DNA from: Girardia tigrina
Taxonomy: Eukaryota
Direction: 5' to 3'
Length of the DNA stretch: 60,326 nucleotides
Assembly (NCBI GenBank): GCA_001938485.1
Contig: MQRK01253414.1
Span: forward strand, 1-60,326
The position numbers and the translations under genes are program-made. Below the pieces are notes generated by a model. It was given only the letters and a program-made list of their open reading frames with translations, had not been told where the DNA came from and searched no databases. This document shows, one piece after another, positions 51,846-60,326 of this stretch; within the stretch, counting starts at the first letter, position 1; each line of letters opens with the position of its first letter.

Positions 51846-54441
51846 TTAATAATAATTATTTTTATTGCTATTATTATAGGTTCCAAATTTCGGATCATTA
51901 TGCAAAAATAAATTTAAATATAATGCAACAGATAAAACTTTTAGCAAGATAAAACTTAGATAAATAAAACAAAACTCATTCATTTAATATACTTCAATGA
52001 TGAAACATTTCCTAGATGAAGATGTAATATTGGAACTTGTAAGGAGTTTGTGCAATGAGATTTTTCGAAAATCATTAATAATGATTTATTATAAAATCTT
52101 AATCATTATGATGGTTCAAAACAGTTAAAAGTTTATTCTTAAATTCTAAAAAATCTAAACAAATTAAAGATTAAAATATTGATTTTACAAAATTAATATC
52201 GATTTTAAAGAATGAATCAAAAGTTTTTTATGTAATTTTCCTTAGAATTCACAAGAGATTGAATTGTGAAAAAGAATACAATTGGATTGATTTGTAGTTA
52301 ATTAAATTGTGGTTTATCTTATGCTTTGAAGAATGATAAACAGTTTATTTTTTCTTCAAGTTAATAGTGAGTTTGATGACGAAAATTAACTTTTCAAACG
52401 TTTATTTTCTACGAGTAATGTTTTTTTAATTTCTTGAACTTTTGATGTTTTGTCAATCTATTTTCTTAATTGTGACAAAAAACTTTACTTTTGAATAACC
52501 TAATGTACAAGAATTTAGTAATTTTTATCATGACTTTTGATTTTCATTTTCAGAGAGTTGAAATATAATTATAATTTTTCATACTTATATATTCATTTAT
52601 ATTGTATTTAAACATAAGTCATCTTAGATCAGAGAAAAAATTAACTTAATCTAGTAAATAGTTTAAATATAAAAATCTTATAAATTTAAGAATAATTTAG
52701 AAAATATAAAACATTTTTTGTGTTATAATCTTAAATGAAAGATTAATAAGATGGTTTATAAAATATTTATTAACAAAAACAATGTTTAAACAGTAATATT
52801 TAAACAACATATAAATTACTATTTTTAATAATATCTATTCTTTTATTCATTTTTTAATAATTAACATAAATCATAATATAACATATTGTTAATTTAGTTC
52901 ATTCAAATATTGGTATAATAGGTAAAGCCTTTTCATTTTTACCCATGTATGAAATGGTTATTTGAATACTGCTTCATGAAATCTGTTATATATATTTTTA
53001 TTAATGAAGTTTTAAATTTTGATGACAAATTAAATTAAAATACATAATAAATTTAAGACTATTTAATTATCATTAAATAAATATTTTAAGCATTAAACTT
53101 TCGCATCTTGTATTGTTTGAAAATTTTACAAACAACTAGAAATGGTTATTAAGATAGGCAAAAAAACATTGAAACTACAATTTCGCAACGGAACTTGTGC
53201 ACTTATTAAGAATATTCTTCTGTAAGGCAAAATGAAACTCTGGCAATTGATTAAACAAAACAGTGTCATGTGGCATTTGTTACTATTAAATATTTACCTG
53301 TTACTTAAAATATATTCTGCGTTCTAAATTATTTAAAAAAATTATTAATATAAAAAATAAATTAAAATACATTTATTAATGAAAATGTTTTTAAAAGACA
53401 TTATAACAGATGACTTGTACAGTAAAATAGAAAGTGACATTATAATTTACTAAGTGTAATTATACTTAATTTGGAACTATTAACGAACATACACTATCTG
53501 TTCATCAATTGTGATTAAGCAATAACAAAAATTATAAACAATAGTTCTTATTTGCATTTATTTCATTTTATGTATTTTACTATTTGTTTTATTAATTGTA
53601 TAATTATATAAGTATAATACTTTCCATCAAAGTATTTAAAATATAAACCGGAAAGATAGAACATTATTCGAAAAAGAACTACATAAGTCTTCAAAAAAAT
53701 AGTCAACAAAAAAATATCAGCAGCTAAAAACTATACATATTTTTTCGTACAAAGTCTTCGACAAGACAACATTTAAATCAAATTCAGCAACTCCTTACTG
53801 TCTATCATTTATCCTACCAGACCATATTAAAATTGTCCTACTAATTATCAGTGGCGTTATTCTCCAGTCGTTCATTTGAAACCCAAAAATTCCAACTGTC
53901 TTGCATGTTATTTTGACTTTTATATGCAAAATTTTATATTGCTGTCATTGTAATTGTGTTTCATCGATTATTTTATCCCTGGGATTTATAATTTTCTTCC
54001 TTTAGATGGGAATATTTAAATAAAAATTGTATGTTTCAAAAAATTAATTAAAAACAAATCATTTTTTTATATTTGAAAAAAAACTAACCGTTACTTAAAT
54101 TTGTTATTTCCTGTGTTATTAATCATAAGCCAATACATTATAATCATTTTATGTATAAATTATGTTTCAACTGAGTACAAAATAAGTATCAAAAAACAAA
54201 ACATCATTTTTTTAAAAATATTTACTGAACAAATCGCGTTTCGCCGTAACAGAATTGTTGATTGCAAGTGAGTTTTGAATCAGTTTTGATGTTACACACT
54301 GACTATTATTTTAGAATTTTACTATAAAACAAAGAGTACTTCAAAATAAAATAATAAACATTTATAAAATTGATAAAACGAAATCCGGATGATAATTTTC
54401 TTTTAAAAACAACACTTATCCATTACAAAAATATATTTATA

Positions 54442-54480
54442 GACAATATATTTCGACGGATCTACCGTCATCTTCAGGTC
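54442..54480 (-). ncRNA. minimal type I hammerhead ribozyme (Penelope-type)
   Basis: Identical to 24262-24300. Confidence 0.8.
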
Positions 54481-55444
54481 ACTAATTAATAATCAATTCA
54501 CCTGTATATTGAGACTGCCGATTGAAAATTGATTTTAGGGTAACGTGATCTAATTAACAATGTTTCACACGACACTCTCTCCCAATAACTGTCAAAATGC
54601 TTACACAGAATTTTGAAATTATCAAAATTAAGATCACATTTACATTTTTTTCCTATGTTCTGCAATATTACTCTTATTCTCTTCGACCATGTTCTTGAAT
54701 TCGTTTACAGAGATGATGGGTAGTCTCGCCAATGTATGTGGCATCGCAACCATTACATAAGGTACAATTAAACAATATATAGGCATATTATTAATATCTA
54801 ATGATCCTTCGATTTCTTTCTTAGATCCATCAGGAGAAGCCAAACTCTGAGTTTTTGAAAAATCAAAAGTATTTAAACTACTGTTTCCTTTATTAATTTT
54901 TCTAGAAAAATTGATCTAAGAAAGAAATCAAAGGATCATTAGATATTAATAATATGCATATAATATGCCTTAATAATATTGTTTAATTGTACCTTATTCT
55001 GAAGGATTTAAAAACTTTAAAAATGCATTGTTAAAAGCAACGAACAATTAAATTTTAAAATTATATCACGATCTCATAAAATTCAAAATATTGTTCAGTA
55101 ATAAATCTATTGCACATTTAACACTTTGTTCTGATATTGTTTATGAATATAAATGTAATGGGTGCGATGCCACATACATTGGAGAGACTGCCCGTCATCT
55201 CTGTAAACGAATTCAAGAACATGGTCGAAAAGAGAGTAAGAGTAATATTGCAGAACATAGGAAAAAATGTAAATGTGATGTTAATTTTGATAATTTAAAA
55301 ATTCTGTGTATCCATTTTCAATCTATTTTCAATCGGCAGTCTCAACCAGCTTATTGACAATTTTAGATTAGAATGACTTCACACAGTCGATTACATAATC
55401 ACCATTTTTGTATTTATATACCGGTGAATTGATTATTAATTAGT

Positions 55445-55483
55445 GACCTGAAGATGACGGTAGATCCGTCGAAATATATTGTC
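55445..55483 (+). ncRNA. minimal type I hammerhead ribozyme (Penelope-type)
   Basis: GACCTGAAGATGACGGTAGATCCGTCGAAATATATTGTC, with intact CUGANGA and GAAA core. Confidence 0.8.
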
Positions 55484-56265
55484 TATAAATATTATTTTAA
55501 ATTGATGAGTGTTGTATTTATAAATTTGTTTTTATTATAATTATAATAATTAACTTTTTATTTTATTTTCTAGTACTTTAATTTCAATAATAAGATTATT
55601 CAAACTAAATGTACATTTTCCGTCGGTAGTTCTAGTAAAAATCATGGTTTGAAGGTTTTTTTTGTTAATGTATCAGAACTGTTTGTCATTTATGTTAGAT
55701 CTCTCTAACGAATAATTTATCTTGATTTGATATTTTTATATGATATAAAATTGATTTATTTCTACTCAATTGTGTATCCTGGTAAAGAGATGACGATTTG
55801 TTTCTCAAAGGTACATCTTTTCAAATTTAGATAACTTTAAATTGATAAACTATAGTAGCTTGTTCTCTGTGGATAGCTTTGCAGTTAGATGTCATTATCG
55901 AACTTGGTCTCACAAGGCTCCTCAGAATTTCAAGATTACATCCTGTAGAAAGAAACTTCATTACGAAAAAAGAAGAAATTAAATTTATCGTCATTTATTG
56001 GACATAAATGTACGATTTTCCACAAAATACTACTCGGATTGACAAATCTTATAGCGATTATGATGGTATAGTTAAATTTTCTATATATGAAGAGTTAGTT
56101 AATTTTCATTTAACTGATCAAGATTTAAATTATTTGAAACTTCAAATAGATTTAAAAAATATAAAAAAAATATGGTAAAAATTAAAAATTTAAATTAAAG
56201 TAGAATTAAATATTATCGTTAATTTTGTAAAATCCAATAATAATTCGGTTAGTCATCGTTTCACA

Positions 56266-56573
56266 ATGAATTATTTCAGCGGTTTTGTCACCGTTAAAAT
56301 TATTGAAGCCGATCTCCGCGAGAATTTAAACCCATATGTCATAATTGAAACCGACAAGAGAATCGTAGGGAAGAGTCCCATGAAAACGATAAACAAGAAT
56401 GCGAAATGGAATGATGAGATTTGTTGACATGTGACTCATGGATGAAAGAAGATTTCGCGGTGTACCACGATGCGGCCATTCCTCTGGATGACTTCATTGA
56501 CATTGCCGGTAAGTCATTCAAGGCGGCGAATGAATACTGGTCGGATCTAGAGCCAGACTATAAATCTGTTTAA
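56266..56573 (+). pseudogene. novel PKC (epsilon/eta-type) N-terminal C2-domain pseudogene fragment
   Basis: MNYFSGFVTVKIIEADLRENLNPYVIIETDKRIVGKSPMKTINKNAKWNDEIC*HVTHG*K, then after a frameshift DFAVYHDAAIPLDDFIDIAGKSFKAANEYWSDLEP. Matches the nPKC-epsilon C2 pattern F.G..K.KI.EA / DPY / W.DEF...V.NG / LAVFHDA.I..DDFVA / W.DLEP. Two TGA stops and one frameshift. Confidence 0.8.
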
Positions 56574-57150
56574 TATGTTTTTTTAAGGAGGACAAACAAT
56601 TAATGATGCTACTGAGTTTTAACGATTGAATTACATTATTTAAATGTAGGGATCAAATAAATTCAATAATCGTGGGATTAATTTACTTACTTGTGTAATT
56701 AGAAGAATTGTCAAAATCTTTTTATAAATTTAAGAATCAGTTTATTTACTCATGTGATTGTTTTAATCAGTTGATAAAAAAATGAAAAGAAAGAAAAATA
56801 AATTTAAAAATATAAAAACATAAAATAAAATTAAACGATTAAAAAATTGAAAATTAAAATAATTCTATAAATAATTTTAATATTTTTTATAATATTTAAA
56901 TTCATTAATGAATTTCCATTTTAAATTCTCCATAATTTAAATCTTCAAATAAAGAAATTGATTCTGATTTTGTTATGTTTAAAAAAATAATATTTCATTT
57001 AAATTAAACTCTTCTTTAAAATGGATAAATTTTAAGTATAAATCAAAGATAAATTATTTGAATTATTTAATTGGTTGTTTTTCAAATTATAATCATTACA
57101 TAAGGTAAATAATTTTGATTTATTAAAACAAAGTATTTAAATTATTATTT

Positions 57151-57506
57151 TTTACGGACCATAGTCGTTGGGCCGTGGGTGCACCCAATTATGCACAACA
57201 TATTTTTTAGTGTTTCAGTAGGCAAATAATCTAGTGGCGTCTATCTCATCTCCAGGTATGATTGGCCGTTGGCTTCAAGGAGTTCATCCAACCTTTGACA
57301 GGTTTTGTTTAGTGTCGACACAGCCTCTCATACTAGGTTAATATGGGTGAGGGAGCCGGTTGCAGACATTCTTGTCTAACCTGATCTGAATAGTCAATGG
57401 CTCAACAAATTCCCTATCTGTCACTCACATAAGTACTAACGCGGCCGTTGGAAGGTTACCTTCGGTGATCGGACGAGATCCGGTGTAACTAACCGCGGCC
57501 ACTGAC
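57151..57506 (-). mobile_element. 5S rRNA-derived SINE-like element (SINE3-type)
   Basis: The 5' 114 nt (57506-57393) is 5S-like (CCGGATCTCGTCCGATCACCGAAG, GCGTTAGTACTT, GGGAAT) with helix I GUCAGUGGC/GCCAUUGAC paired. Then a ~240-nt GC-richer body, a 3' stem-loop and an A-rich tail. No TTTT terminator inside. Possible TSD TATTATTT. Confidence 0.8.
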
Positions 57507-58837
57507 TATATTATTTATTTATATTTTTATTAATTTAATAAATTATTTAATATATTCCAAATTAAGATTTTCTAATTATTTTTAAAACAATCAAAAATAT
57601 AAATCTGAAGATAAATTATTTGAAGTATGTAAATGGTTGTTTTTAAATAATAATAATCATGCAATTCAAATAATTTTGATTTATTAAAACAAAGAATTTA
57701 AATTATTTAATATATTTTGGTTTAATATTTTTTAATTAAATATAAAACAATCAAAAATTTTTAAAAAAGAACGCTTTTACATTTTTTTTAATCAAAAATA
57801 ATAAATTTAAATCTTTAATAATTCTCATAAAAAATATTTAAAATTAATATAACAAATTGAAAATCTTTCATCAAAAATAAATTCATAAATCAATAAACAA
57901 AACCGTACCGAATCATTCTGATAATTCCGAAGAATCATAAAAATTGAGGTAGAAAACGGGAACATTTCCAATATTAGCAATACTCTCTCATCAAATTTTC
58001 GTGCTGATAAAAAAACCGAATCGAAATTGAAATATCCAAAAATTAAATTTTAACGAATTTGTTGTTTTTTGGTTTTTGAAGCGAAAAAAGTAATTAAATC
58101 ACGAAATATAATTAATGATAAAATGTTAATATTGGTTGTTTCTTCAATGATAAAAATATGAAACGCAATTCAAATTCACTATACAAATGTAAATTTTTAG
58201 AATTTTTTAGAATGCACCGATTGCAGCTACCTGGCTTGATATATCCAGTACTTCATTTGTACATAGAGCCAAACACACACGATTTTCTCTACCAACTTCA
58301 ACAAATCTCAGCCAATCAGAATTTACTATCAGTGTTATACCTGGTAAGAAAAAACGTGTTGGTGTGTCGAAAACTACTGCTATTTTATGTTACAAATTTT
58401 CTCTCATAAAAAATTTAGACAGTCACTTTGAGTTGTCAAATTTTTTTGAATTTTATGAACGATGTTTTGTGGTTTTTCAAAATTTATTATCTTTTTTTTA
58501 ACAAATGAAATTTAATATCTTTTGTAAAAACGAAAGACAAAAAAAAAGAAAATTAATTTTAAGCATTGAGAAATTATCAAGTCGTTTGTTGTCATAATGA
58601 TTTATATATAAATATTTTGTAAACTTAAATTTAAACTTAAACATGTGCCTAGTTCAAATATATTTACTTTGATAATGTGTGTTGTTTCGATATTTTTCAA
58701 TTTAAATTATAGTGATATTAATAATAATAAATGACATTTTTATAATTGAAAATTATAATAATTATATTGTTAACTTAATTTATATGAAATTTTAATTTCA
58801 ATGAAAAGTTTTCTGTAAATACATCTGGTGTATACAA

Positions 58838-59262
58838 TGGTGTATTACTTGCCATATTTTGATACGCGAATAAAGAGAAAACGACATTTTTCTAAAAATG
58901 AAAATATTTGGTGATAAATCTCTTTAGATTTATCGAATTTTTATATAGATTATTGTTTTTCCTCGATTTGTCTTGTGTTTCTTTGTTTTGGTTTTTTTAG
59001 GATGAGCGCAATGCAATTTGTCATTGAAATATTCAGTTGTGATAAAATTTGATTATTTCAGCAAAAAATTTTCACAGAAAAATCAATTTTTTCAGATTTT
59101 TCGAAAAATTTAGCACTTTGATTTTCACAATGAAAACTATAGAATCTGATTGAGCACGTCAAGACAAGAAAAGCGGTGTATAACTTGCTATATTTTGATA
59201 TTCGAATAAAGAGAAAACGAAATTTTTCTAAAAATGAAAATATTTGGTGATAAATCTCTGTA
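58838..59262. repeat. diverged ~85-bp direct repeat pair (58838-58925 and 59175-59262), probably subterminal repeats of an unclassified DNA element
   Basis: GGTGTAT.ACTTGC.ATATTTTGATA..CGAATAAAGAGAAAACGA.ATTTTTCTAAAAATGAAAATATTTGGTGATAAATCTCT occurs twice. Confidence 0.7.
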
Positions 59263-60326
59263 TCCATTTAAAATATAATTGTTAATTATTTTATATTTCG
59301 ACAAAAAAAAATAAAGAAAAAGGCAGAATGAAATTGTAAAGAAGCTGACAATGATTCAATTTGCACTATATAATGAAGGTGGTAATTTTTTTCATTTGTG
59401 TTTTATTATATGCATTGTTAATTCGAACAGTTAATATATATAAAATTAATGTATAAATATTAAAAAAGTCACTTCATACTTTGTGTTCAACTTATGTAGT
59501 AAAGCAAATATTCATATTTTATTTTTAACAAATTCGTAATAATTATATTAGTTAACGTGTGATTATTATGACATCATATAAGTGGCAAAATTTGATGATT
59601 TTCCAAAAATTATGCAATTTATTTATTAATAATAATTTATATATTTAATTAATTTATCGTAATTGTCCTAAATTATTTTTAAGTAACATGATACGAGATT
59701 TGAGTTTTCATGCAAAATTTCAGCTTAATCGAATAAAAAAAAGTGGATTAGTTTAAACAATGCATTTTTGAGTCATGAAAATATACAGAGAGAGATAATT
59801 TACAAGCTGATATTATGAATTTGAAAAGTTTATATCTGTTTAAGATTTATAACACGAATTGTTTATCAGAAAGAAGAATTTTGTTTAAATATTAGATTTT
59901 AACATTTTTTTGTGTATAATAATAAAATTTTGATGTCTAAAGTAACTCTTAATTATAATTCCAAGGATATTCCAAGAACATCTAATATTGTTAATAAAGC
60001 TAAATCAAAGCAGATTCACGAAATACAAAGCTTATAAATTATAATTTTTCTAACTAACTAACGAATTTGCTTTCATATATGTATATATGAAATAAAAATA
60101 TTCTTAGATTATTAATATTTTAGTTTTTAACATCTGGGCGAACATTTGATTTTAAAGTAATTGAAAGGTAAACAAAACCACATGTAAATTCAAATATCGT
60201 TTGGACTTTACCCAGAATTTAGGGCCAAAAATCATATTGTCAAATAACTTTGTGAATTCATATGTTCTTTTCAAATTTTTAATTCTTGTATTAACGTCAT
60301 TCAAAAATTATTTGTTAAAATGATAT

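Larger units (their letters stand above)
54370..55515. mobile_element. Penelope-like element with inverted arms (minus arm ~54370-54910, plus arm ~54911-55515)
   Basis: Both arms carry GIY-YIG sequence (IVYEYKCNGCDATYIGETARHLCKRIQEH on the plus arm) and a hammerhead. Probable TSD ATTTATAAA at 54360-54368 and ~55516-55524. Confidence 0.88.

Noticed and set aside
57393-57506. Functional 5S rRNA gene
   Set aside because: Helix II and the box A/C regions deviate, the unit is short (114 nt), there is no oligo-T terminator and no tandem array; better explained as a SINE head.
57040-57707. ~105-bp diverged direct repeats flanking the SINE (57040-57147 and 57601-57707) read as LTRs or a TSD
   Set aside because: Too long and diverged for a TSD, no TG...CA ends, and the right copy is not adjacent to the element; probably an older AT-rich tandem duplication that received the insertion.

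Overview
Very AT-rich eukaryotic (metazoan) genomic DNA from a gapped assembly. The base composition, ~40-50 nt introns and transposon inventory resemble a planarian or other flatworm, but that is inference only. One host gene is supported: a minus-strand PDE7-like cyclic-nucleotide phosphodiesterase. Its clear exons are 7319-7382, 3603-3698 and 956-1056, with a probable exon at 7424-7623 and tentative 5' exons at ~20.9, 29.5 and 33.4 kb; the gene runs off the left edge. Its introns and upstream region are filled with decayed mobile DNA: several Tc1/mariner elements, hAT, piggyBac-like and pogo-like MITEs, three Mutator-derived pieces, a Gypsy relic with Chapaev3 and mariner nested in it, RTE-like LINEs with C-terminal C2H2 zinc fingers, Helentron/HINE-like repeats, and Penelope-like (GIY-YIG) elements carrying minimal hammerhead ribozymes. 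Most notable observations: (1) a ~355-bp 5S-rRNA-headed SINE-like element whose 3' end resembles the 3' end of the local zinc-finger LINE; (2) Penelope copies that share one inverted junction, plus a subfamily sharing a G5A ribozyme-core change; (3) an isolated PKC-epsilon C2-domain pseudogene fragment; (4) a near-perfect ~340-bp inverted duplication inside a LINE. All calls come from reading and translating by eye; no database searches were run.
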